Shown piece after piece: positions 1 to 12,254 of a DNA stretch of 64,000 nucleotides (positions within the stretch are counted from its first letter, which is position 1; each line of letters opens with the position of its first letter). Source of the DNA: Fistulifera solaris (Eukaryota); contig AP026144.1 of the NCBI GenBank assembly GCA_030295235.1, positions 620,001-684,000 on the forward strand, written 5' to 3'. The notes beneath the pieces were generated by a model, which was not told the DNA's origin, ran no database searches, and worked only from the letters and a program-made list of their open reading frames with translations. Position numbers and translations under genes: made by a program.

Positions 1-504
1 GAAAGTCCCCCAAAAGAAATGTGAAAAATGCATGGCTTACGGAAAAGGGAGAAATCAAGGGAAAGAGTGAAGGAGTGAATACGATTGTTGACCTTGGATA
101 ATCTAAAGTGCATGATGTGAGAACAAATTGTTTGGTCGCATGCTTTGCCTGTTGCTTAATTGTTACCAGGTACGGTACTCTTGTCGTGGCGTGCATCTTG
201 CTCGTCTTACGGTTGACTTTTTCTTGTACAGTCAAATCGAAATGACGTGGCGTACTTCAAGTATTATAGTCATTTGTAACGTTGCGAATGTTCTGACGGG
301 CGGATGGACGATGGATGGGCAAACGACGCGACGACAAACGATTGATGAGGAGGATCACCATAAAACTTTAACATTACTGTAGAAACGAGCGCCCAGAGAG
401 AAACGCATGTTGCCTTGTTATGCTCGTCGTCGCCAAAACACACACAACAACACCATGAGACATCCGCAAAGATATAATAATAAGGCTCTCTTCCTAATAT
501 CAAT

Positions 505-1436
505 ATGGTTTTCCTTTTTTAACATGCGGAAGTGCCTTCCTTACTACTAATCCCCGCCGATGCACGGCCCTCGAGGTCGCCAACACCGAACCTCGGAGCT
601 GTTTTTATCGATCCCCTGTCACGGGAAAATGGACGCCACGCCTGGAATTGTCGGAATTAGTGGTGGGTCAAGCCTTGGAAGGTGCGGTTGTCGTCCAAGA
701 AAAATTGAATGGCAAGACAGGACCCAAAGTATGGGTAGATTGTGGGGTTGGGCTCTATAAAAAGAACGATTGGAAGATACAGACGGCTATGTTGCGTTTG
801 GGAAACGCGAAAGCCAGTGTCGCTGCCAAGAAAGCCGCTCGATTACGAAACAAGAAGCACTTTCCCGTTTATGTCAGTCGGATCCGTCTCGAGAATGATC
901 AACTGGAAGTGACACTCGAACCAGAAGCCCAGAAAACATCATCACCATCGATGATTCGTCTGCAGGAATTACAACCGGGACAAGAGTTGTCGGGAATCAT
1001 TCAACGGGTCGAAGATTATGGTCTATTGATCCATGTCGGTGCCAATCGACCGGGATTGTTACATATTCGTCGTGTAGGAGATCTGTATCAAAAATTTATC
1101 GATAAAGCGGACGGCTTGAAAAAGGTGGGACTCCAGAAGGGTGTCCAAGTGGATGTCCAAGTGATTTCGTGTGAGAAGAAACGACTGTTTTTGGATTTTT
1201 CCGAATCACTGAAACAAGAAGCGGAACGAAAATACAAAGCGGTAGCAGAAGATGATCCGTACGCTGAAGAAGCGGCTTTGTTTGAAGTTCAACAGCAGCA
1301 ACAACAACAAAACACCGAGTTGACTGCGCTCGTGGATGACGATGAGGAAGACGATTACGATGAAGACGAGGACGACGACGACGATTATGATGAAGATCGA
1401 GAGATAGAAGATGCCATGGGACTGGGTAGATATTGA
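505..1436 (+). CDS. S1 RNA-binding domain protein, probably plastid-targeted (frameshifted)
   Basis: ORF 648..1436 has an S1 motif (LQPGQELSGIIQRVEDYGLLIHVG...GLLHI...GVQVDVQVIS...RLFLDF) and an acidic tail. Upstream frames give MVFLF..CGSA-FLTT, an ASAF-like signal, joined across apparent indels (one at the T-run near 515-520). Confidence 0.75.
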
Positions 1437-1458
1437 TTCAATTAGTATAGCCTATTTT

Positions 1459-3454
1459 TTACATTGGTTGAAATGTGCTAGAATTCCCATCGTCAGATTC
1501 CTCCTCGTCGCTTTCACTGTCGTCACCACATCGCTCTTTAGAATCCATTTCCTCCCAATAATGCAACTCGGGAATGTTTTGCTCCTTTTCATTCCATTGA
1601 CCGCCATCAATAAAAAGTTTAGGACTGTTCACGTCCATCCAAACATCTTCGGAACGCGGGAGACCGTTCAGGTGCACGCGGACGTGATTGTCATCGATCT
1701 CTGTAACAATCCCAGCGAAACATTGCTCTTCTTCGGATAATGTCTTTTCTTCATCGTCGTCACTCGACTCTTCGTCTCTCGTGTTCGTCGTTCCTGGTAG
1801 CATACAAAGGACCCGATCCTCTAATGCGAGACCCTGTTTCTTGCGAATAGGTTTGGCTAGGTGCCAAACCTCTGTTGATGATGGGACGCCGGTCCCTCTC
1901 GACAACGCCTTTCCTTTCGATCCCCCGGGTTTCGGTGTTTTAGCTTTCAAAGTCTTTGCAACGTCTCCGGTAGTCGGTCGCACCACTTCGACCCAAAATT
2001 CATTCCTACGTTGTTGTTCCGATTGTTTTACTTTGCCTTTTCTTTTTCTGCGCAGATGCAGCACTGGCCATCTTTCGTTTGTATTTCTCCCTTCGTTTTC
2101 GTTCGGCTTCTTCTTCTTCCTGTTGCTTTCTTCGCTTTTCACTCCACTGACTCCAACTCAAACGACTTCCTCGCCGCAGACGTTTCTGATCGTGTTCATA
2201 CAATTTGAGTAATTCGGCCAGTCGAGATACATTGATGCGCACCGCATGGGGACGACAAAGACAAACGGATGCTTTCCGTCCAAACGGCAACCACTCCGGT
2301 ACTCCGAAATTCGTTGCTTCGGCGACGTTGAATCCCATGTTGAAACCAAAATGATAACTGGCGGGGAACGTAATGATAGCTTCGCCGGGAAATTGTACGG
2401 CTGTTTGATAACGAATGCCAGCTTTTTTTAAAATAGCGGGAGATATTAGACACCGTTTGTGTCGCAGAAACTCGGGACATTTACCTGCTTGGAGCGCAAA
2501 ATGAAATTGACACACTGTCAAAAATCGTGGTGCATCGGGTTCCGCCACGGCGTACCAAAATTTGGGTTGCCCGGCATGTAAATAATTGATTGAAAGTAAA
2601 TTCATATCTTCTGTATGCGCACAAAATACAGATCCCCACATTCCTGCATACAGATATGGTGAAGTGACACCCGGAATATGATCCAAAACATGCAGACAGG
2701 AATCTAATTTTCCAATCGACCAGCCGTGGGCAGGATCATCCTCAGCAAACAGAGATCCCTGCTGATCTGCGCCATACCAGGCTGGGGACATAGTAGGACT
2801 GAGGCGTTTCCAAAACAGTCGTTCCAGTGCTTCTAACCTTTCGGAAGTGTATCCGTCTTCTTCGTCTACCGATCCGACCTGCGACTTTCGGTAGCTGTCA
2901 GCCCTGTCACGAAATTCCCACAAAGAACAAGGTTTTTGCTCTAGAAATGTATACTCGTAGACTCCGGCAATACCCCGAATATTTTGCGTAATAGGAGACG
3001 ATATCTCTAAATCTCCCAGTTTCGTTCCCTGTTGCCATTGTTCTCCCCGGGCCGTCCGATCGGTCACCAGCGGTGCCAATTGAAAGCCTTCCGGCAACAC
3101 CACTTTCACAATTCCTTCTCGTAATTCCATGGGAATGTCGCAACTGATTTCTTCCATGACAGAAGCTTCCGGAAGTACGACTTTTCGGACAAAATCGCTA
3201 AAGGTGAGTGATTTCAAATCGTCGAACGAAGGACGGTGAATCGTGCAGTGGGTGGATCGTTTGGGTTCGTACGGTGTCATTTTTGGGAGTGTTTTGATAT
3301 CGTCCTTTGACACAGTAGGTACAGGAGATGCATTCGGTAGCACTTGCTCTTTCGACTCGTGTGCGGATACGGAATCATTACTCTCGTGTGGTGACACGTT
3401 TGGAGTACATGAGGTAGTTGCCGATAACATCACCGTTGGAGTAACCTGATCCAT
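1459..3454 (-). CDS. JmjC-domain histone demethylase (KDM4/JMJD2-like) with C-terminal Tudor/chromo-barrel-like domain
   Basis: JmjN-like segment (IHRPSFDD), YGADQQGSLF, IPGVTSPYLYAGMW..FCAHTEDMNLLSINYLH, FLRHK, YHFGFNMGFNVAEATNF. ORF 1459..2142 continues after a frameshift in an A-rich run and contains VRVHLNGLPRSEDVWM. Confidence 0.9.
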
Positions 3455-3873
3455 GTCGCCTTCGCTCTTCTTCTTTACGGAGATAAAAATGACGCTTTTA
3501 TCAATATACTATTCTTTTTTGAAAAGAAGGAGTTGTATCGTTTGGTGAATGGATCGATCGTTTCAAGTTTGTAATAAAACAAAATCGCAGACGACCAGCA
3601 TTTGACACTGCGACAAACATCTCTACAGAACGCAGGACAAACGACACGGACGGAGACCAGACAATACCTATTTTCTTGGACGGACGGACGGAGTATGGAA
3701 GGCAATAACGTTTTGTCCTTGACGCGAAAAACGGATACGAAAACCGTTCTCCTCCTCTCCGCGGAAACGCCACAAAAAAACTGCTCTTCTCACGACAGAA
3801 AAAACATCGTATTCCATCACAATGTCATTCTCACAAAACAAACATTCCATCGATTTCACTCAAATCGATCGCC

Positions 3874-4278
3874 ATGATTCAGAACTTACTTTCCCACCAA
3901 CCGGCGACTCGTCCCGAGCGCTCGCCGACCGACTCTGCATTGGTTGCCAAGTCGATCCCTAACATCGAAGTTTCCCGCTATCCCAAGGAAGAACGCCAAG
4001 ATTTTACGAGTATTCTGCATGCCATCGCCATGGACTACGACTTGAATGATGAGCGTCAACAGAGCTCGCATCGACGATCTCGTGCGACCAATTGGAATGA
4101 ACTTTTTTGGATGGTCGAAGACCCAAGCTCACTTCCGCGTCACCGTCGTTCCCTGGCGTTGACGAATGACGAGTTTACGGAAATTACCCTGCTTTGTGTG
4201 GAGCTCCATGGAGACCTGCATCATGAGGGAGATGCCGCTGTTTGGGATGGGTTCAAAGCTGATGGCAGCCGATTCTAG
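3874..4278 (+). CDS. hypothetical protein
   Basis: 134-aa ATG-initiated ORF with protein-like composition, divergent from the JmjC gene. No recognised domain. Confidence 0.45.
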   Translation: MIQNLLSHQPATRPERSPTDSALVAKSIPNIEVSRYPKEERQDFTSILHAIAMDYDLNDERQQSSHRRSRATNWNELFWMVEDPSSLPRHRRSLALTNDEFTEITLLCVELHGDLHHEGDAAVWDGFKADGSRF

Positions 4279-4965
4279 ACGAGGCATTGTCACAAGCAAT
4301 GATACCGTGGTTAGGCAATGGTACTTTTCATCACGGCTCAGGTAGTGTTGCCTTGGAGAAGGTCGTCTGCTTTCTCCCCTGCGAGAAGGGTTGACCCAAA
4401 GACTACCTGTTGATCATTGAATCAATGAAATGTCATTTCATAAACGTATTTAATGAGTGAACCAACTTTTTGTGAAAACTAACTTGAAATATTTTCGTCA
4501 CCTGCATTCTTTTGCTAGATGCTTCAAAGACGTCAAAGATCGAACCAGCCGGGTTCTGTCTCCCTAGGATCGAACATTCGTGCTCGGGACTGTTCGAAGC
4601 GGGATTTGGATTTGCTACTGTAAGGTTAATGTCTTCTATCACCCAAGAATGACAGACTGCAAATAATGAAATGTAGTACCGCTACGAAATTTGCTTCGGC
4701 TGCCCTGGTGCGCATTATTGTGAAGAACGTCAGTCACTCTACATTCTGACCGATTGTTCCATGGTTATTATGGATTACCCGTTGCACTCTTTCTATGATA
4801 CAACATCCGTTGGTGGGTGTTTTTGCTCTGTTGCGGAAACATTCACGTTATGTTGCGAGATTCGTTCGCCATCCTGATGATCATTAAGTAATACAGACAC
4901 CGATATCGATCTGCCAAGTCGTTCATTATTAGACTAGTTGTTATCGGACAACAATCTCCAATAAC

Positions 4966-7900
4966 ATGGTGATGGCGGCATCTTTACATACGAATCATAG
5001 TCCCGCCGAAATGATTGCTTTAGGAGGGATTGATGCTGGAGGCAAGGAAAATAATAGGACTGACGATGGTGTCATTTACAAAGACATGCCCAGTATGACA
5101 CCGAAAGGTCCTACTTTTCATCCCGATTTCATGTACTGCGGTGCCTGTACGGAATGCGGTCCTGCGGATACGAGCACTCCTGCTACGATTCTTTCGAATC
5201 ATCAACAGGAGAAATCAGGAGACGAACGTTTGCGGACCCAACTGCTCCTGCAACATCATTGGAAGTCGCCTCATCATCATCAGGTCATCGAATCTTTACT
5301 CAAACCTATCAGTGGTGTGTTTTTGGTAGAAGTCAATCTGAACGATGCATCGGTGGGGGCCGGAGACGGCAAAAATCCACAGTGACCGTGTCGCACGATG
5401 CATTGACACGAGATTCCGAACTCTTGCTGGCGTTGCAGCAAGGAGGATATCCTGCTTCAATTGTTTCTAGTTCGTACGAATCAACGGCTGGTCCTCTTTT
5501 AGAGGGGAGATGAGTTTATGGGTCGAGACGAACCGGCTCCGGCTTCTACCGAAAAGGCGGTTCGTAGTTGTTTCTTCGTTCAAGGAATCTGCTGCGCCTC
5601 GGAACTGCCCTCGATCCGCAAAATTGTCACACCCATGCCGGGTGTGAGTTCTTTGAACATTAACATCACCACTCGTCGTGTCTACGTTCAGCACGACTGT
5701 ACGATCCTGAAAGCATCGGAGATTGCCGACCGACTCACGCATTCCGGCTTCAAGGCGCAGACTTTGCAAGATGGCGGTCGAACACACGAGACACCACTCA
5801 CGAGTACTGTAGGTCGATCCACCTTGCAATCGTATTCGGTGTTGCATCCGCAAGATGTTCCGAAGATCCAGAAAGCTCTCATTCTTCCGGGTATCAAGCG
5901 CGTTGGCGTGAACATTGCCGACTCAGCCGTATTCATAGAGCACGATGTCACGACGATCACGGCGGTGGAAATTCAGCAACAATTAGCGTCCAATAAAAGC
6001 ACGCAACAATACCAATTCTCTCTGTCGCAAGACGCTCAAGTGCTTCTGGCACAGAAACGCGATATGCTCTTGCAACAACCGCGGTCGTTGATGGTCGAGT
6101 CGACGCTGGGAGTCATCAATCTCACGAAGCGGCACGTCCCGATCGTCATGAAAGCTATTCAACAGAACTACATTCGCGCACAAATTCGGTCCGTTCACCC
6201 GCATGTGGTGAGTCACACTATTAAAGTGGAACACAACCCGGACAAAGTGGAGGCTCGGCAAATATCGGATCTGCTGCGCCGTTACGGGCTCGAATCCATC
6301 GTCATTACCGATGGTGGTATCGAGAAACACTTTTACCACTCCGATCGGGGAATAGTCCGGAGCAGGAAGAGGAGGAAGAAGCCGCCAAAAGGGCAATGGA
6401 AGAATGGCAAGCGGACACCATGCAACTGAACGTGGTTTTATCCGGAATATTTTGGGTTGTGGCATTACTGTCCGCCGTTGAGGGTTGGCGAAAGTTAGAG
6501 TATGCTGGATTGCTGTCTGTATTCTTTGGGCTACCTCCGGTCGCTTTGAAAGCGCTGCGAACGCTTCGGCGGGCAGAGTTTGACGCAAACTGTATGATGG
6601 TTGTCGCTGCCATTGGAGCTCTTCTTCTTGGTGAATTGGACGAGGCTGCTTCTGTTTCTTTTTTGTTCTGCATTTCCGAGTTTTTGGAAGCCCGGGCAAC
6701 TCAGCGTGCCCGAAAAGCGCTAGCAGAAATTTGTGAATTACGTCCGGAGTATGCGAATATGTTGACTGGTGAAAACGAAGTTGTCGTAGTGCCGGCGGAC
6801 CAGATTCCCGTGGGCAGTTTGATTTCAGTCAGAACAGGAGATAAAATTGCGGCGGACGGTATTGTTGTGGAGGGAACAACACTTGTTGACGAATCGTCAT
6901 TGACGGGAGAATCCGTTCCCGCTCGAAAAGCCTTGAATGACACTGTTTCGGGAGGATCCATAAACATTGGAGATTCCCGGCTGATTGTTCGCACGACGAG
7001 CACTGTTGAAGATTCCACGGTATCTCGCCTCATTCGGCTTGTTGAGGAAGCTCAGGCGAATCGTTCTCCCACGGAGAAATTAATTGACAGTTTCGCTCGC
7101 AAGTATACGCCAATTGTTTTGTTTGCGGCACTTTTGATGGCCACGCTACCGTGGATTCTCGGCGGGGATGGAAAAGCTTGGACGATGAATGCTTTAATTA
7201 TTGTTGTTATCGCTTGTCCATGTGCACTGACGATCAGTACACCAGTAACCTACGCAGCTGGATTGGCCGCAGCAGCTCAACGAGGTATTGTAGTGAAAGG
7301 TGGAGCCAGTTTGGAGGCTCTTGGAAATGTCAAAAAGTGGTTTTAGACAAGACGGGAACGCTTACCGAGGGAAAGTTTATGGTATTACACCTTGACCACA
7401 TCAATGACACGGATTATACACGACAGGAGATGTTAGAACTTTTGGCTTTGATGGAAGGGCCATCAAGTCACCCTTTGTCTGCAACCTTAGTCAAAGCGGC
7501 CAAGAATGAAGGCATTAAAGTTCCTGAAACCGCAAAAGTTGAAGACCATTCTATATTAAAAGGAGAAGGGGTCACTGCCCTTGTCGATGGTGTGCGGACA
7601 TTTGTTGGAAATCGCCGATTGTTCGAGAGAATCGGCATGTATGATCACCTTGGTGATGCGTACAAATACAGGGCCGAAGAATGGAGTAGTGAAGGGGGCA
7701 CTGTTGGATTTGTGGGGGTCGACGGAGTCGGTATTATTGGTAGTTTTTGTATGAGTGATTCAATTCGACCAGAAGCACGAAAAACGGTGCAAGCGTTACG
7801 TGGACGTGGTATTGAGGTATTGATGCTCACTGGAGACAGTGAGGGAGCTGCTTTTTCTGTAGCCGACCAGGTCGGTATCCCACGCAATCTGGTGCACAGT

Positions 7901-8517
7901 CAACTCCTTCCTGAAGATAAGCTCCACTTCATCAGCAGCATTAAGCACCCAGGAAGCTCTAGGTCATTTCTTTCAGGAAGCCCGAAAGTTATGTTTTGCG
8001 GCGACGGAGGTAGGTTGAATATGACGAATTGCACATGAGTCCACGCCGATGTTGTCCCTTTACAATTGTTTACTAATTTATGCGATAACAATCATCAGTC
8101 AATGATGGGCCTGCTATATCTGTTGCAGATATCGGCGTAAGCATGGGCGAAGGTGCTGCGCTGGCAATGGAAATGAGCGACATAACACTCATGGATTCGA
8201 ACCTTGATAAGCTAACTTATATCATTAAGCTAGGTAGGAAGGTAATGATTACCATCCGCGAGAACATCATTCTGAGCCTGGCATGCAAGATCGTGGTGGT
8301 TGGTCTCACGTTTCTGGGAAAGATGACACTGCTTTACGCCATCGCGTCTGATGTTGGTGTCATGCTTATAGTCACTTTGAACGGAATGAAAGTGTTACCA
8401 AGCCTGGGATCGACGACTGAGCCAACGTACAGCGAACTGAGCGATGATAGTGCTAATTCATCGGGTAAACTGGCAATAGAACCCTCGATGAAAGTCAATA
8501 ACGCGGAAATCGTATAA
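4966..8517 (+). CDS. P1B-type heavy-metal (Zn/Cd-type) ATPase with multiple N-terminal HMA-like domains
   Basis: GICCASE metal-binding domain, DESSLTGES, ACPCAL (CPC), DKTGTLT, SSHP, MLTGD, and GDG|VNDGP across a GT-AG intron at 8010..8098. About four homopolymer frameshifts join ORFs 4966, 5154, 5518, 6396 and 7151, followed by 8143 after the intron. Confidence 0.93.
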
Positions 8518-8579
8518 ACATATTTATAAACACTACACATAGGTTCAATTACCGTCGTCTCGTTTACTCCACGTGTTGT

Positions 8580-10286
8580 TTAATTAAGGAAGCGATTTGG
8601 TGAAAGGATACTGCGCTGGATCTTTGAGCCATCTGGAAATTCAAAGTACATTGCAGGCGTATCTTGTCCTCCATTAATATAATCAGCCATTGCTTGAGCC
8701 ACACACTCACCAGTCGCCAATCCTAGTGTCCATCCCAGCGTCCCATGCCCTCCATGAACAAATAGACCTGGCCGAATTTCGCCGGCCAATGGCATGTCAT
8801 CGGGGCTCATTGGTCGAAAGCAGGGCAGGATTTTTGCGATTGTTGCATTGGTTGCGTCAGGAAATAGGACTTGGCTATATCGAGTAAGGATCTTTGGACC
8901 AAGCGATGGCACATCACCAGCCTTTTCCGGGTATCCAACAAACTCTCCAAATCCAGCCATGCGAGTGGAAGTGGGACTGATAGAGGAACAATAAATGGAA
9001 TCAACGGAAAATGGCTTGTTCATATGTATCTTCTTCTCCTCATTCACCGGTGATTCAAAGTTTAGCGTGAAAGAATATCCACGCAATGGATAGATGGGCA
9101 CATAGTCGCCGAGGCCCATACCCGCGGCAAGCAAGGCGTTGCGGATGCCGGCAGCTAACACCACGACATCAAAATCGTCACTGGACCCGTCCTCAAAAGT
9201 TACTCTGTATTTCGGTTTCGGTCCATCCAAAGCTATGACCCCTTTTACAGTGGCGTTGCGAAACAAGACACCAGTTTTCTCGCATTTATTGACCAGGCTT
9301 TTCACAAAGGCTCCACAATTAGCAATTATATCATTTGTTCGATGAACGGTGAATAGCGGCTGTATAGGAAGCCGGCCTAATCTTGGTTCAAGTTGAATTG
9401 TTCGTTCCCATGAAATCATTTCCGCACTTTCTCCAAATTCATGAATTTCGTCAAGAGCCTGTTTCGCAGAGTCGGCGGTACGATGCAGCGACAAAAATCC
9501 TCTCGAAAACGTTGTCGAATTTTGCGAGTACTGAAGGAAAAGGTTACGATTGGCGGCGGCCAAAGCAACCAGTTGTTTCCCACGCTCGTGTGCGTCATTT
9601 CTCCAAAGCGATGCGCGTAGATAGTGCTTCATGAATGTGATGAAACTCCACCGCTCCGCCGATGATGCCGTACTTCCTATGCACTTCCAAAGGTGCAAGG
9701 CAAAATAGGGCGGCGCTATTGCAAACTGTTCGCTCCGAGTGATCTTCTGTGTCGAACTTGGCCAAAGTGATTGGAGCTGCTCACGTTTCAGTTCGTAGAA
9801 CTCTACCAATGTGTCGCGCAGAACATTCCAAAGAGCAGACTTTTCCGAAAATACGTGCATGGCGGCCGCAGGGACCATGGAATTGGCATTTCTAGCCGTG
9901 GCGGCTTTCCACTGATTGGTGACTGGCTTGTTGAAACTGTTCGAGCAGGCGTAGGGATCGCCTTCAATGACCACAATGTCGCATTTTCGTTTGTCACGCA
10001 GGAATTTTCCGACCAAAGCATGAGCGACCGAAACACCAGCAATCCCACCGCCTATAATCCCCACTCGAAGGGTACTGGTATCGCCATGACTGGTGATATT
10101 CGTATTCGCTACTTGCAAGCTACCGGAACGTCTCCATTGTGGGAACTGGAATGAGAATGGAAACTGTTTGTTGGGCTGTTGTGACATGAAAAGATAAATC
10201 ATGCAGATGGGCAAATGAGTAAGAAGAAAAGCAACACCTTCCTTCATGCTGTCGTGTCGAAAATTTGCGTTCGCATTTTCTTGCAC
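8580..10286 (-). CDS. FAD-dependent D-amino acid dehydrogenase/oxidase-like protein (DadA/DAO family)
   Basis: Uninterrupted 568-aa ORF with VGIIGGGIAG (FAD), ATARNANS, VVVLAAG, YPLRGYS, PCFRPMSPDDMP and GGHGTLGWTLG. The true start may be a downstream Met. Confidence 0.88.
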   Translation of the reverse strand: MQENANANFRHDSMKEGVAFLLTHLPICMIYLFMSQQPNKQFPFSFQFPQWRRSGSLQVANTNITSHGDTSTLRVGIIGGGIAGVSVAHALVGKFLRDKRKCDIVVIEGDPYACSNSFNKPVTNQWKAATARNANSMVPAAAMHVFSEKSALWNVLRDTLVEFYELKREQLQSLWPSSTQKITRSEQFAIAPPYFALHLWKCIGSTASSAERWSFITFMKHYLRASLWRNDAHERGKQLVALAAANRNLFLQYSQNSTTFSRGFLSLHRTADSAKQALDEIHEFGESAEMISWERTIQLEPRLGRLPIQPLFTVHRTNDIIANCGAFVKSLVNKCEKTGVLFRNATVKGVIALDGPKPKYRVTFEDGSSDDFDVVVLAAGIRNALLAAGMGLGDYVPIYPLRGYSFTLNFESPVNEEKKIHMNKPFSVDSIYCSSISPTSTRMAGFGEFVGYPEKAGDVPSLGPKILTRYSQVLFPDATNATIAKILPCFRPMSPDDMPLAGEIRPGLFVHGGHGTLGWTLGLATGECVAQAMADYINGGQDTPAMYFEFPDGSKIQRSILSPNRFLN

Positions 10287-10339
10287 GTTTTTTGCTGATC
10301 TGGTTCACGAAACGGAGTACTCTTCAGCTTATAATTCAT

Positions 10340-10649
10340 TTCCACGTGTCCAGTCGTGCCTCAACAAAAGCGTTTCCGATCTTAATGATCGGTTCGCTTT
10401 TCTTATCGAGCGACAATTTACCAGGTACCGTACCTGGTAGTGACGGCTTCATTTTTCTCTTCGACGTCTAAGAAAGAATGCAATGACGTTAGTGGTTGAT
10501 ACAGTGCCGTTATTATTGAACCCGTCTCCACATGAAATCACATCGCTGACAATCGGCTTTCGGATGTAGGTAGGGTATCGGGTACAGTACCAGGTAGGGG
10601 GACCAAAAATTACGCCGACAATTGCCCAGGTCTACAGCTTCCACGTGTC
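10340..10649. promoter_or_regulatory. putative bidirectional promoter with duplicated G-box (TTCCACGTGTC x2) and TACCWGGTA palindromes
   Basis: TTCCACGTGTC at 10340-10350 and 10639-10649; perfect inverted repeat at 10419-10439; a third TACCAGGTA at 10588-10596. Lies between two divergent start codons about 500 bp apart. Confidence 0.45.
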
Positions 10650-10791
10650 AGGTGAAGCATCTTTCTATAACACGACTGAAATGGAAATTGATGGAAGCTT
10701 TTTTCCTCGTTGTTCGGTGGTTTCCCAACATGCTCGCACCTTCTCATAAATTTCCAGATTCAAAGCAAACGAATGCTGTCTTATCGTAACC

Positions 10792-12005
10792 ATGACGAAA
10801 TCAACTACCAAAACTACCACTTGCATCGTCGGAGGGGGCAACTCCGCTCATGTATTGATCCCTTTTCTTGCCGAAGCAGGACATTGTGTGCATTTGCTGA
10901 CTCGACGTCCTAATGATTGGAGTGACACTGTAGTCTGTCAAATTCAAAAGGGAGAGACGGTCGTGACAACGCACCAAGGAAACATCTCGCGCAAATCGTC
11001 GCGACCCATCGATGTTATCCCACAAGCGGATATCATCGTCCTCTGTTTGCCCGTCCATCAGTATCGTACGGCACTGCGACGAATCGCACCTTATATCAAT
11101 CAAAGCAAAGCCAACGTCTACATTGGTACAATCTATGGGCAGGCGAACTTCCGATGGATGGTGCAACATGAGGTCGAGAAAGCGCAAAACCTCTCCAACG
11201 TCGTTACCTTCGCCGTCGGTAGCATTCCTTGGATCTGCCGTACACTCGAGTACGGGAAGGTCGGAATCAATTACGGAGGCAAGGCGATCAACACGGTCGC
11301 TGTTTCGCCACCGGATTGTTTCAAAAAGCTCCAGGAGATCTTTCTCGAGGACATTTCGCTGCGCCCCCTACAGACTGGACGTTTCGAGCAGGCCTGTTTT
11401 TTGTCTCTGACCATGTCTGTGGACAACCAAATTCTTCATCCCGCTCGTTGTTATGGTCTTTGGAAAGGTATGGAGGAGTGTGGGATACTCTAGCAGATGT
11501 TCCTTATTTCTATCGAGACTTTGATCAGCTCTCGGCTGATATTCTTGCCAAGCTAGATGCAGAGTACGAAATGATTCGCCAGGTCATCAAGAAAAGATTC
11601 CCACATCTTCCTTTTCAGTATATGCTGAGCTATTTGGAGCTCGAAAAACTCAATCATAATAGCCAATGCACGGATATCTTGTCTACCCTTCGCGACAGCG
11701 CGCAGTTGGGAGAAATCAAAACTCCCACAGTGGAAGGACCGGATGGACGTCGTTACTTGGACACGAAATGTCGTTTTTTCCTGGATGATATCCCGTACGG
11801 ATTACTCATTGCCAAATCAGTTGCGGAGATGTTCCAGATCGAGACGCCCTTTATAACAGAAGTGATTGAATGGGCGCAAGATCTTCGCGGAGAAGAGTTC
11901 ATTGTGGAGGGACGCATCAACCGCGAATTTTGTCTGGGTGAAAACGTAGTCTGTGGCATCCCCCAGGCGTATGGTATTACCAAGATTGAAGAATTGGTGG
12001 AATGA
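10792..12005 (+). CDS. NAD(P)-dependent opine (octopine/nopaline/tauropine-type) dehydrogenase
   Basis: Rossmann motif CIVGGGNSAH, ADIIVLCLP, IPWICR, NQILHPARCYG, and C-terminal RFFLDDIPYGL...IETPFITEVIEWAQ. One frameshift near 11465 (tggaaaggt). Confidence 0.9.
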
Positions 12006-12254
12006 ATCGATGTTGGGCTACCGTGAATGTTGTGTAAGTAGCCCCCCTCCGACTTCTTTTCCGCCTTCTCCGTCTTGTTCGACAACACTACTTTTTATCC
12101 TCACCACCTTTTCATTTCCCTAATACCTCATCTTTTGAGAGAAAAATACGGCACATAGTGATATAGGTTCACGTAGGCTACAATTGAAACATCCGAACAT
12201 TAAAATGCATAACATTAGACTAAATTTATGAATCAATAATACAGACGAGAATGA

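Noticed and set aside
1411..2480. Numerous antisense and alternate-frame ORFs (also around 14883, 33657, 52437, 54243 and 60926)
   Set aside because: Shadow ORFs overlapping well-supported genes, with no motifs.
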